Assembly: GCA_040954595.2 (NCBI GenBank)
Contig: CM082588.2
Coordinates: forward strand, 12,041,398-12,105,397
Direction of reading: 5' to 3'
DNA from: Balanoglossus misakiensis
Lineage: Eukaryota; Animalia; Hemichordata
Length of the DNA stretch: 64,000 nt
Of this stretch, positions 37,515 through 50,124 are shown in pieces; positions within the stretch are counted from its first letter, which is position 1, and the number at the start of each line of letters is the position of its first letter. Below the pieces are notes generated by a model. That model was not told where the DNA came from, did no database searches, and saw only the letters and a program-made list of their open reading frames with translations. The position numbers and the translations under genes were made by a program.

Positions 37515-38664
37515 TAGTGCAGGAGCTTAACCCCACATTTTGGCATAATTGTGCACTTTGGGTTAAAAGCATAAAACTTGGTACACTTATGCATTGACCC
37601 ATGGCGGCCATTTTCTGATATGGATCCAAAATGACAGCGCCCTCTGGTGGCCAGAAACAGACATTCATACTTAAAAATTGTACACTTTGGGTTAAAAGCA
37701 TGAAATTTGGTACAATTATTCATTGACCCATGGCGGACATTTTCCAATATGGATCCCAAAAGACAGCGCCCTCTAGTGGCTAGAAACTGACATTTACACT
37801 TTTCCCCCATTAATGACACTTTTTGGGCAAGTTTAACACTCAGAGACAGACATGTGGGTTGTAAAACATGCTTGCTGCCATACATTCCTTTGAATAGTAT
37901 CCTAATCCTGATGTACATGCATCAGATCAATCTTGTATGTTACTAATTGACCGATTTGTTCTTCGAAATAACAACCAGTTCAATACACAAAGTCATGCAA
38001 ACGGGTAATACAACACCTCTTCTCCAGAAAGTCAAGGGTTCTCGAGAATACAGAACATGTGCTGTGAAAAACCTAGCAAAGTTATATCAAACCAACAGAA
38101 TCCCAGTGGAAATCAAGTTGGGCAACTCTTAGTCAAGCCCAAGAAAAGAGTCAACCTCAGGAAATCAGTGGCCAAAAGTCATGCACATGTTTCTGTAGGT
38201 GCTTTAGGTCTAGTCTGACAGCAGTGGTCATTGTTACTGTGAAGGAAGATGTAATCAAGATTGATCTGATACATGTATATCAGGATTAGGATAATATACA
38301 CATGAATGTATGGTAGCAAGCATGTTTTACAACCCACATTCCTGTTTCTGAGTGTTACAAATGACCAAAAAGTGCCATTAATGGGGGGAAAGTGTGAATG
38401 TCAGTTTCTGGCCACAAGAGGGCGCTGTCATTTTGGATCCATATCATAAAATGGCCGCCATGGGTCAATGCATAAGTGTACCAAGTTTCAGGCTTTTAAC
38501 CCGAAGTGCACGGTTTTTAAGTATGAATGTCTGTTTCTGGCCAATAGAGGGTGCTGTCATTTTGGATCCATATCAGAAAATGGCCGCCATGGGTCAATGC
38601 ATAAGTGTACCAAGTTTCATGCTTTTAACCCAAAGTGCACAATTTTTTGTTAACTGCCCCACTA
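37515..38664 (-). mobile_element. Academ-like MITE, mirror copy
   Basis: TAGTGCAGGAGCTTAACC ... GTTAACTGCCCCACTA, followed by AAA. Confidence 0.85.
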
Positions 38665-39024
38665 AAAGCGACATCTGATCGATCTATTATTCAAATGAAG
38701 AGTTGAAAATGACTGCTGTGTTAGAAGGGAATCGTTTGCATTAAATTCGTCCAAAGTATAAGACTTACAATTATAGTTATTTTGCAAGAAGTGGTCTGTG
38801 GTTTCGCCGATGATGAGTTTGCTTGTACACTATGATGTAGTAGTTAAAGGACGCCTAGCAGATTTTGGCGAGACTTTCCTCATTCGGAATGTAAACAGTT
38901 GGTGACCTGTCGACTTTCTTTGTCAGGATTTTTCCATATTGCGTCCACAAGTATTTCCATCCATATTCATTTCTTCTGGCATTTACCTTTGTGAATAAAG
39001 ATCTTCGTCCTGGTGTCAGATTTT
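38665..39024 (-). mobile_element. 5' piece of the split LINE, mirror copy
   Basis: Reverse complement of 34119..34478. Confidence 0.8.
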
Positions 39025-40900
39025 CAATTCACAGTGTTTTTTATTGGGCTGGCTGACCATGCAATTCAATACATTCTCAAAAATGCAAAGGAGAATGTTG
39101 CGACACAGTTGAGAGAAGTTGATGTACTCATAATTGATGAATTTTATGGAAAGTGCTCGTCTGTTCAGTGTCATTGCTATATTAAGTAAAGTGGGCAGAG
39201 AAGGCAAGCAATCGTTTGGTGGTATCCAAGTGATTGCAATTGGAGACTTCCATCAATTACCACCAGTACCAAGCCACGTGGATGATGGAGAATACCCATT
39301 CCAGTCCCCATTATGGGAAACAACCTTCAGACACATCATTGTCCTCAAAACTATCTATAGACAGCAACACAATCAGCAAGAGTTCCTCCCAGCTTTGAAT
39401 GGTGTCCGCCTCGGTCAATGCAGTCCTCGTACATTGGATTTCCTCAACACCTTGAAGCGGCCTCTGCTGAACCCAGAAAACCAAACCCACATCTACTTTC
39501 ATAATGCAGATGTGAACCTCCACAACATGTGTCAGCTTGATAAGTTAACAGGACAATGCCATGTTTTCCAGGCAGTTGATAAAGGGGACGTGCATCAAGT
39601 GGAAAGGCGTGCCATTGCACCAAACAAGCTCTTACTAAAGGTTGGTGCTCTTGTGATGCTGGTATACATTCTCAGTGACAGCCTTCACAATGGAAGCACT
39701 GGCATTTTCAAAGGAATAGATGAAAATGGAAATCCTGTTGTAGCATTTGAGGATAGACCGATATAGGTGTCTGTACATCGTCAAACGTGGACTTTTAAAA
39801 CGACCAGGGAGTTGGGATTGGAAGGCGCTGCCAAATCCATTTGAAGCTGTGCTGGGCAATGATAGCACATAAATGTCAGGGACAAACGATCAAGAATGTT
39901 GCCATACACGCAGGCAACGAATTTGTTCCAGGGCAATTATATGTATCACTTTCACGGGCAAAATCAAAAGATACAGTTCTCTTGTTTAGTTTTACCCCAC
40001 AGAGGATGCTTCCAGTCAACAGTCTAGTATCTTCTTTCTATGAAATACTATGCATTCAGGGTCAAGAAACGCCAGAAGATATTGCCTGTTGCAGCAAAGA
40101 CGTAGAGTGTGACATGGTATGCAGTGAAGATATCCAGATGATAAGAAATGATGATGGAGAGGCATATGTACAATCAACATATGACACGGATGATAGTGAC
40201 AAGACTACCATAGATTTGAGGGACATTTATGGATAAAAGCCACAGAGAGCTAGAAGAACTCCCACATGACTCCAGTGCAGACACATTCCTACATGAACTT
40301 AAAGATGTTTCTCCATTTGCTGAAGTGGAAGATTCACTGTCCGGGCGTTTGAACTGTCTGATTGACAAATTAGAAGATATGCCAGAGCTGTTTATTTTAT
40401 TTCTAAAGATACAATGGCTGAAGATATTTTGTACTACAAAGAAAGGAATTGAAGAAAATGAAGAAGTAAAGCTTATACTAGCAGATTTCAAGAACATGCA
40501 TGGCTGGCTTACTGCACGATATCTGCAACGAACACAGCTTATCGAAGAGGGTGCATCCCTTTTTGGTATCCCTATCACCAGTATGAAAGATGAATACTTC
40601 ACCTTACTAACTAACATTGTAGATTAATGATCTCGCAGATGCACTGTCTTATTTCCCGTGCAGAAAAAAGAAGTCTTGAGGCGACGCAAAATATCGTACA
40701 TATAGAAGAAATCGGGGGTGATGGCAGAGGAAAAATACGCTACTTGGCTGGGTGGACACTTCGTAAAGAAATTGAAAGCATTTCAAAATACATAAAAAAC
40801 TATCTGTACTCTACTGATAAGAAAGTCAATAAACGGTTGAAATTGGAGTACCAGACAAAGAATCTCTGGACTTTCTTACAGTTCCAGATACACTGATACA
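39025..40900 (+). pseudogene. PIF1-family SF1B helicase pseudogene with C-terminal extension (frameshifted, intronless)
   Basis: IHS (Ib); VDVLIIDE at 39118-41 (Walker B, in a different frame); FGGIQVIAIGDFHQLPPV (III); LKTIYRQ (IV); LKVGALVML...NGSTG; LKLCWAMIAHKCQGQTI (V); GQLYVSLSRAKS (VI). Downstream ORFs 40229..40627 and 40627..40896. Confidence 0.88.
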
Positions 40901-42061
40901 CAGTTGTGTACTAATATTACCAAGTTTTTTGACATGCTGGTGTAAAATTTGTGTTATTCAGACATCATCGACATTTGGTTGGAAATGTAAATACGTAAAA
41001 AAAAATCAGAAAATTTTAGATTTTCTCACAAATGGGAAACTTTTGAAACATACATACATGTAGATGAAAGATATAATCTTATCGATTACGTTAATCTTTC
41101 ATCCTAGAAAGTTAGATGTTAATTTGTTTATATGTTAATCATGTGTGTTATATATAACCGAAAATAATAGTATTTTATCTTTTCACCATGTGTCGTAAAC
41201 TGGAATTGTTCATAAATAACTGTATAAGTACAATTCGGGAAATATGATGGTAAAAGAGAAGGTTTCGCGGTTTGTAGAATATTAATCTGTATAAACGGAC
41301 GAATGAAATGTATCATCAGGTTGTTTAGTGGCAAACCATGTCGTCAGCTGTCGATGTCGAATACAACATTCGGTACCCGATCAATATCACACAGTCGCCA
41401 GTCCTAGCTGAAGTTCGATTTAGGTCAAAATAACGTCAAATAACAAAATATATTTATTCGAAATGGATTAGACTTTTACTTGGCTGCCTTAGCCATAGGT
41501 TCTTTGGGTTTGGATTACTACAACAAAGTGTTAAAGTTTCATAATTTGTCACGTAACAAAATTTGCTGTTCTTTTTTTTTTCTCAAAAGAGTTGTCACGA
41601 TACATACTCTGCAGCATATTCTAGTGTATATAAGTAAAATACGAAACCTCTGTCAGAATATATCCAGTATAGAACATTTGCTGTTGTCACAAAGTGTCTA
41701 TAGTGTTGTGTGTTGTCTTGTGTGTCCAGTGTTGTTTTTGTGTGGTGGTTAAAGGTTAGTTAGGATTTGCTGCACGTCTACTTGTCTGAGGTGGTTAGAC
41801 AGTTAGTAACACATCTTAGCATCGAACGGCTTTGACAAAATGAACTCTGCTATGACACAACACCAGTGTGAATAACTGCGCATGGACAATTCACCAGCCC
41901 TGGATTACATAATCTCTGCACTGACTTGGTCTGCATGAATAATTCGGAGGTGATAATTCGGGGAGAAACTAAAACAATAGACAGTGGAGAACAGTGGACA
42001 ATCATTCTGAATAAATTATTGTAGAAAATATGTACAGCAATGCGCCTGGAAGGTGGTATAA

Positions 42062-42853
42062 GGCTGCATTCACAAACACCTCTGGAGGGGGGGCAGGAGA
42101 ATTGAGGGGGGGGGGGATTTGAAAAAATTGAGGGTATGTAAGGGGGGGATTTGAAATAATTTAGGGACTGAAAGGGGGGGACTTGAAAACTTTAACGACT
42201 AAATATTTATTTTGAGTCCACAAAAATGCAGTTTCGTGCCCTTTATTTTACAAAATTTTCTAATGTGGGAGGGGGACACACCCACCCCCTCAATTCACCA
42301 ACACCTTTCAATCATTGACTGGTTTATCTAGTGTCCCAGGTCAGGGGACTTGCCCCCACCCCATGATAACTTTGAGCGGCGACGGTTAAATTTGTCCTCC
42401 CCAACATACCGGTAGTTGAGTTAATTTGCTTTTGCCGGGTTCATTAAAATGCAGCTTTGAGCTCTGTATTTTAAAAAATTTTCTTACGTGGGAGTGGGAC
42501 ACCCCCTCCCAAACCCACCCCCTTCAATTCTCGGTTTACAATGTCTCCCAACACAGAACACAAATATATGTACTTAAAAAATTTAAACAATGTTCATTTT
42601 TAATACCCACTGATGAGGGGAAACATCAGTTTCAAATTCTTTTCATGGGAGCGCTGTTTTTCTTTTTACAAGATAGATAGGTGATGTGTTTTGCTCTGTG
42701 AAAGAAAATGGGGGGGGGGGATTTCAAAATTTTGGCAGTTCGGAAGGGGGGGATTTGAAAATATTGGCAGTTCGGAAGGGCGCATGTGAAAATTAGCGGT
42801 AAAAAAAATGAATTCTCCCCCGCCCCCCTCCAGAGGTGTTTGTGAATGCAGCC
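42062..42853. mobile_element. PIF/Harbinger-like MITE, mirror copy
   Basis: Same TIR as 30306..31099, with TAA flanks. Confidence 0.88.
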
Positions 42854-43030
42854 TAAAAGGCTGCGTGCCCGAGAAGTTGCCCTAAGTGTACACGGTCAAA
42901 GCAAAGGAAGCCTTGTTTCACATTGCAGGCAGAGGATTTACAAAGGTGTGAAAGACTATTTGTCCACATCAAGATAAGCCTTCGACTGAACTTCGAAAAG
43001 CCGAAAAAACTCGACTGAGTTGGGTTAGGG

Positions 43031-43280
43031 GTCTTTTGGGATCCATATTGGAAAATGTCCGCCATGGGTCAATGAATAATTGTACCAAATTTCATGCTTT
43101 TAACCCAAAGTGCACAATTTTTAAGTATGAATGTCTGTTTCTGGCCACTAGAGGGCGCTGTCATTTTGGATCCATATCAGAAAATGGCCGCCATGGGTCA
43201 ATGCATAAGTGTACCAAGTTTTATGCTTTTAACCCAAAGTGCACAATTATGCCAAAATGTGGGGTTAAGCTCCTGCACTA
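43031..43280 (+). mobile_element. Partial right end of the Academ-like MITE
   Basis: Ends GGTTAAGCTCCTGCACTA, followed by TTT and the LINE body. Confidence 0.85.
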
Positions 43281-46258
43281 TTTGATGAATTTTCTGTCAT
43301 TGCCCTCAGTGAAACATGGCTAGACCCAGGTGTTGATGCATCATTATATAACCTCCCTTCGTACAACTTTGTTCATAAATGTAGAGCTGTTTCCAGAGGA
43401 GGAGGTGTTGGTCTCTATTTACACGAGTCGTTATCATACTATACCTATAATAGACTTAGTTGTTCTCCAACATTGCGAATGTCTCTTTGTTGAAATCCTA
43501 CTTGAAAAAGCAAGGTCATCATAGGTGTCATATATCGCAGACCAAATACACCTACTCAGGATTTTTTAACCAGTTTATCAGATTGTCTTGATAATCTACG
43601 CATTACCTACAAAAATGCATTTTATAAGGGGATTTCAATATAAATATAGATGGCGATAACACTGTCTTTAATGAATATATCGCTACTCTTAGTGGTAATA
43701 ATTTTTATCAAATCATGGACGTACCGAACAGGACAACTACTCACACCTCCACATTAATAGATCATTGCCATGTAAATTTTCGTAACCAGTTCATTGAAAG
43801 TGGGACAGTACAAACTGATATAAGTGACCATTATCCCATCTTTGCCATCTTTAAGGATTTACGTCATGTGTTCACTGTTGAAACAATTGATTTCAAGTGT
43901 GATTTTTCTTCATTTGATCCAGTTTCATATAAAAATGACTTTGCAAATATTTCTTGGCAGGATGTTTACGACTCTAATGATCTGAATGTTGCCTATAATA
44001 CTGTCTACAATTGTTTCATGATATGGCAACAAGACACATGCCAGTCGAACGGTGTTCAAACCAGCGTAAGCGCTTACGGAAACCATGGATCAAAAATGAC
44101 TTCTGGTCTCAATTAAAAACAAGCATAATATGTTCTCCAAAACAAAACGCCATTCTGCAAGCTCATCTATTCATCAAGAGTACAAACTTTATCGCAACCT
44201 GTTAACAAAACTTATGCGACGAGCAAAAAAGAAGTATTTTTGTGATAAATTGCAACTGTCTGTAGCCTCTGGGAAGGACCACAAAAATGGCAAGTCATCA
44301 ATGAAATCTTGAACAAAAATTCAAAGGTTAATGCTCCACAAAAAAATAAAAGATGACGAAAACCCTGGGAATTTTGTTACTAAAAATATTGATATAGTTG
44401 ACACTTTTCATTTTTTTTTGTCAACATTGGACAAAATCTAGCATCACAAATACATTGTAGCGCTAATTTCAATGATTACCTTGGTATTCGTCATTTTAAT
44501 TCTTTCTTTTTCCATCCTGTGCATTCTGGTGATATACTCAGAGAAATTAAATTATTAGACCATTGTAAAGCTGCTGGTTTTGATGAAATATATCCAAAAG
44601 GAAGGAAGCAGCGGGTTATATTACAGAACCATTTGCTCATATTGTTAATATTTCTTTGTCACAGGGTATTTTTCCAGAGAAACTGAAAATGGCACTGAGT
44701 AACACCAATTTTTAAAAAGGGTTGTGTTCATGAAATAGGAAATTACAGACCTATCTCTGTCTTGCCAACCTTATTAGTAAGCTGTACGAGTCTATTGTAA
44801 ATAAGCAACTGTGTTCTTTTTTTGAAAACAATTGATATTCTCACTAACAGCCAATATGGATTTCGTAAGAAAGATAGTACTAAGTTAGCTTCAGCAGATC
44901 TCACAACAAAAATATCAAAGCACATTGATAACGGTCTTGTTGCATTTGGTATCTTTATTGATTTTAAAAAGGCATTTGATACGATTAACCACACAACTTT
45001 GTTAGCTGAGCTATGCCACCATGGGATTAGGGGATCCACACTTAATTGGTTTAAGACTTATATATAAGACCGACAGCAGTATGTCAAGGTCAATAATTGT
45101 ACTTCAAAAGCAAAAAGGATCTCCTGTGGGATTCCACAGGGATCAATTCTAGGTCCACTTCTTTTTGTAGTATATATAAATGATATCAGCAGATCCTCAG
45201 ACTATTATCAATTCAGGTTATTTGCTGACGATACCAATTTATTTTGTTCAGATAAGCAGGACAAAATCGATCTTGCCACTCTGAATGTTGAGCTAACTAA
45301 AGTACAGAACTGGTGTAAGTCAAATAAACTTACTATTAATATTGACAAAACAAACTATGTTATTTTCAAAACAGCCCAGGCGAAGTTTAAGCCTGAAGGG
45401 GATTTATATGTCTCTGATTTACGAATACAAAATGTTTCATCTGCTGTTTATCTTGGAGTTACTCTTGACTCATCATTATCCTGGAAGTCTCACATCAACA
45501 TTATTTTTAAGAAGGTTCGCCAAAAATCGGTATTATTTCATATGTACGCCATTATCTCCCTAAGTCTATAATTTTATTATTATACAATTGTCTTATCCTT
45601 CCCCATATAATGTATTGTATCGAAATATGGGGAAATGCATATAAAACCTATTTAGATTGTATTTTCAAATTGCAAAAGTGACTTGTAAGACTTATAACAT
45701 TTTCTAGCCCCAATACACATAGTGCACCACTTTTTCAGCAACTTGGAATTCTTAATGTTTACAAACTCTGTAAATTTCAAACTTGTGTTTTTGCGTATGA
45801 TCTAAAGGCAGGCATTATGCCCCCTCACTAGATCGCTATGCTTCATTTGTGTCACACAAATATTCTACAAGATTTGCCTCCACTGATAAGTTTATGCTTC
45901 CCAAAGTAAAACTTACTTCATCTCAAAATAATTTATACTATTCTATTGCCAAGCATTGGAATGAAATTCCTACACAAATAAAATCAATTCATTCAAGGAA
46001 TTTATTTAAAAGCTCTCTGAAAATGTATCTATTGAGCATAGATTAATTTAACCTCTGTTATAAACCTGTTTATTTTGTCACCGCGTTGTTTGACTACCAA
46101 CTATTGTTCTGTGATATGAAATGGCAATTATATTAATTGTTTCAATGATTTGTATGTATTTAGGGACACGACTAGTTCCACTAAAACTACTTCCCTGGTC
46201 CGCACCAGTTATGTCAAATGCATCTTCCTGGTGAAATAAACATCTATTTATCTATCTT
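43281..46258 (+). mobile_element. L2/CR1-group (Crack/Daphne-like) LINE, ORF2 APE endonuclease plus RT, frameshifted
   Basis: IALSETWL, GDFNI, TLIDH and ISDHYPIF (APE); NYRPISVLP, QYGFRK, FIDFKKAFDTINH, GIPQGSILGPLLF and LFADDT (RT); AATAAA plus (TATC)n-like tail at ~46235-46258. Confidence 0.92.
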
Positions 46259-46412
46259 TGGACTTTTCTGGCAGATCATCATGTATGCTGCAAGCTGCAT
46301 CAGTAGGACACACAATCTGTACATTTTTTGGGAGTATTGATGAAGATATTGCGACCAAGCAGTGCCAACTCCACACACTGTTGTTGTGCCTTTCACATGC
46401 TACAAGGCAAAG
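46259..46412 (-). pseudogene. Probable PIF1 N-terminal piece, mirror copy
   Basis: Reverse complement of 26250..26403. Confidence 0.5.
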
Positions 46413-47782
46413 TTTTGAAAATCATTAGTTTTCTCAAAAAGAACAGATAAATGTCATCTGTACAAAACTTCCAGAAATCTCTCCAAAAATCTCTCAAGTG
46501 AACTCTGCACATTTTTTCTAAAGTTTTATTTTGGAATTATTAAAATTACTTCAAGAATTTAAGTAATACCATTCAGATGTATGGAGATGCCTGGGAATTT
46601 ATGTTCAGAAATGGTATTTAAGATATTTAAAATTTTGAACTCCATTTGAAGCTGATATCTAACAGAAAATATTAACAACAAATGATAGAGAAGGCAACAA
46701 TTTCACAACGGTCTTTGCAAATTTGATAAATAGCTAAAAACATAAATCTATTAATGGTTATACACAGTAATCATTTTGAACACACAGAGTCAAATTCACT
46801 ACAAACTTTCAGATTCCAGGGTAATATAATGACATCAATTTCAATAACATTGAAGTTTCATTAAATGCTTAAAATGCTTTAAAATTGTTCAATATGGCAT
46901 GCACCATGCACAAACTTATGAGACTGATCAATGAAAATTAATTTTTTGCATAATATAATGAAAATGATAAAATCTGTCGTCAAATCCATGGGAAACTCAA
47001 CTCAAAAAGTACATCACTGTCAATCTATATTATCTATATATTATTGATCCGCCTCTAAGGAAAAATGTTTAAAAAGTTTCATGCAAATATACTACTACTG
47101 AACATGTAGACTGAGACTTATAAAAACTTCAAAAAACACTGGTAATTGAACAAGTGTATGTTAACAAAATTATGTGTTTAAAGGCACATAAACTGTAAAT
47201 TTCAAATGATTTAATCATGTAGGTGAGATCATACATCACTTATAAATGCATTTTTAATTAAAAAAAAAAAAAAAAAAAAAAACAGGTGGGTATCCCACTC
47301 AAATATGACTGCATTAATACTTGTATGCAAAAATGAGTCATGTAATGTGGCACCACACTAATGTGCACACCCACAAACACATTTGACATGGAAATAATTT
47401 ATTTTTACAATCTTGATAAAACAATTTGATGTCAACCAATGAACGGGACACATGTAATTTAATGTTTTCTCTGTACTTTGTAACATGACTTGCACATTTT
47501 TGAAAATGGCAGGAAATTCACAATGGAATATAGATGACTTAACTTTTCTGGCGTTTCTGAAACCAATATATTTTTTGCCACATTTAACGGCAACAACATT
47601 ATCGTGAGTTGGAAATCAAAAAATAATTGGGAATTTAAGAGAATATATTTGAAAGACAACATATTTCAGAGCTAGAGGTGATGGACCTTTATTAACACAT
47701 TGATTAAATTTGAAAATACAAAGTACCAAAATTCCGGATTTCGTATGAAAAAATGAAAATGTAATTAATTGAACATTTTTAA

Positions 47783-48222
47783 ACCCCGGTGCGGGGTATA
47801 AAAGACCCCCCAAATCAGTGGCGAATCTTAATGCCGTTTGACTGACAACAGACAACACCAACGATCTTGGCTCTATGAAAATCGGCCCAAACAGGTCCAA
47901 GAATAAAGAATTACACCACACAACGACAGTAGTTGGCTTTATAAACACACACAACATAAAGTTATCGACGAAAAAGTACACGAGCTTTTGAAACAACGAT
48001 GATTTTGGGAGAAATCTGGTTTCAGTGCTTTTCAGAAGCGTCCCTGGGAAACAATAACCACGCCATTCAAACAGTTGTCAATCGCGTGGAAGTGTGAAGT
48101 GTTCAATTATTTTCTGTGTACATGAGAGCAATTACACAGTCATTTTGCACGACGACCACTCCCAAATAAACAACTATACAAACACACGTTAATCCGAACC
48201 CCAGGACTTTCCGCACCGGGGT
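47783..48222. mobile_element. TTAA-flanked MITE, mirror copy
   Basis: Mirror of 24442..24881. Confidence 0.7.
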
Positions 48223-48336
48223 TTAACCAAAAATATAAAAACATTATTTTATTTATACATGTGTGGTAACTTATGTAAACTGGGCAGACTGAAGAAGATA
48301 TCTGCCCTTATTGATCATACTATCTAAGTAAGTTAC

Positions 48337-48860
48337 TTAAGCAATAAGCCCGAGATTTGGGTACAATTCGAGACATATAGCGCGAGCTGTCAGGCGAGTC
48401 TATATGGAGCAAATTGTACCCAAATCGAGTGCTATTATATCAACAATTGTTTTTGTGGCATATCAGTGTCATTTTCTTACCGAGACGGCGTCACAAAGAG
48501 AAATTATGATCGTGAACCAACATGGCGACGATGAATGTAAACACGAGCGGCCGGGATCGAGCATTAAACATGAAGCAGACGACAAAAAGTGACAAGACGG
48601 GCATCGCGCGTGGCAAAGTTACAAATATTTCTACAGAGCAGTTCCAAAATAAAACGATTAATTCAACAGTATTTTTGTTTTATTTAGTTGGTTTAAACAC
48701 GCGCGGCTGTGGTTTAACCGCACATTTGTGCTGCCGCATGCTAGTTCAGGGGCCCGTTTTAGCACTGCCAGCAGTGCTATATGACTATGTTAGCATCGCT
48801 GGATTGAGCTCTCGTCCAATCAGAATTGCGGACGGTAGCATGATATACATGTAGTATAAT
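48337..48860 (+). mobile_element. Crypton-like non-autonomous element with both ends
   Basis: TTAAGCAATAAG start, hairpin, and CCAATCAGAA...GTAGTATAAT end. Confidence 0.55.
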
Positions 48861-48938
48861 TGCAGATATAATGGTCAGGGTCACAGAAAAATATGATATT
48901 CTAATCACAGGGATAGGGGAAATAGTTAAATAATATGA

Positions 48939-49093
48939 GGTTATCGCCCCATATCACCTCTTGTGTTGGGCCATATTTACCGCTCGTGTGGGTTGTGAGC
49001 CGCATCACACGAGTCGAAGACGAGTGTGACGCAGCTCACAACCCACACGAGCGGCAAATATGGCCCAACAAGAGGTGATATGGGGCGAAAACC
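48939..49093. repeat. ~155-bp hairpin at the 5' end of the Crypton element
   Basis: TCGCCCCATATCACCTCTTG...CGCTCGTGTGGGTTGTGAGC, loop region GAGTCGAAGACGAG, then GCTCACAACCCACACGAGCG...CAAGAGGTGATATGGGGCGA. Confidence 0.85.
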
Positions 49094-49134
49094 GATTTAT
49101 CATATGCCCAAACACACAGACCTGTACGCAGAGC

Positions 49135-50124
49135 TATATGAACCCGCTACTTTGACGAGCTCAATCAGCGGGAAATCAAGCGTTATCTTCAGGACAACGG
49201 TTACCCGGTCTCCATCATCCGTGGCAATGAGTTCCAGCTCTCCCGAAAATGCCTCACAGAAAAAAGAGTTGAACAAAAAAAACAGGGACGGGGAAATAAG
49301 CCACAAGCTGCCCAAGTGATTACTGATAAAGAAGAACAACTTTTGATTGAAAGAGGATTTGTCGGTCGATCGACTCCCGAAGCGTTGTTCAACGCAGTTT
49401 GGATGAACAACACCAAGATGTTGGGCTTTCGCGGTGGCCAAGAAAATCGGGAACTGAAATTGGGGGGGGGGGGGAAATCAAGCTCAAAAGACGGCCGACC
49501 ACAAAGAATATCTCGAATTTAACGAAAGGGAGACGAAGACTGCAGATTTAGACAGGCTGGTGCGAAACCACGACCCTTCAACCCCAAAATCTTCGCCACT
49601 CCCGAGAAGCCAGACACATGTCCCATAGCCACATCCAAGGAGTTCGCAAATCGTCGCCCCGTTGAAATGAATACCCTAGACAGCCCCTTCTACTTGCATT
49701 GGCAATCAATTATTCGCCCTCATCAACCATATGGTTTAAGAAATCTCCAATGGGAAAGAATAAGTTGGCAACAGTCGTCCAAAGTATGAGCGAGAAAGCA
49801 GGCATCAGAGGGGGAAAAAACAATCACAACATGAGAAAAACAGCCATCACGAAATTGTTGCACGCCGGTATTCCACCGACCCAAGTGCGACAGTTATCGG
49901 GCCACAGTCAGCTGCAGTCGGTCAACAACTATGCCACCGCCTCGCTAAGACAGCAGGAAGAGATGTCAAACATCCTCGCTCCATGTTCATCCAAACAAGT
50001 CGAAAATTGGGCAATTTCTGGTTCCGTCAGTGCAAGCACGTATCAGATGGAAGCGGCGACAAGGGGCGGTATATTTAGCGACGCAGAGACATATGGCGGC
50101 TCGTTCAATATCTATGTTTCAAAT
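49135..50124 (+). pseudogene. Crypton tyrosine recombinase (DUF3504, KIAA1958/KCTD1/ZMYM-related), frameshifted; right arm only
   Basis: YEPATL...KRYLQ...EFQLSRKCL...QGRGNKPQAA; LFNAVW...LGFRGGQE (catalytic R); WFKKSPMGKNKL...NHNMRKT (HxxR); LSGH...SVNNY (H and Y). The frame resumes at 52616. Confidence 0.88.

Noticed and set aside
38840-38960. Apparent degenerate Walker A and motif Ia upstream of PIF1 (VKGRLADFGETFLI, IASTSIS)
   Set aside because: The opposite strand reads clearly as a LINE ORF1 C-terminus (WKYLWTQYGKI). A better PIF1 N-terminus lies beyond the LINE tail.
32260-40900. Helitron
   Set aside because: No HUH/Y2 Rep motifs and no TC...CTRR termini with hairpin identified.
37515-43280. 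Single autonomous PIF1-encoding transposon with TIRs
   Set aside because: No matching TSD (ATG versus TTT), no transposase, and PIF1 is truncated by a LINE whose halves straddle the boundary. Better explained as a rearranged cassette.
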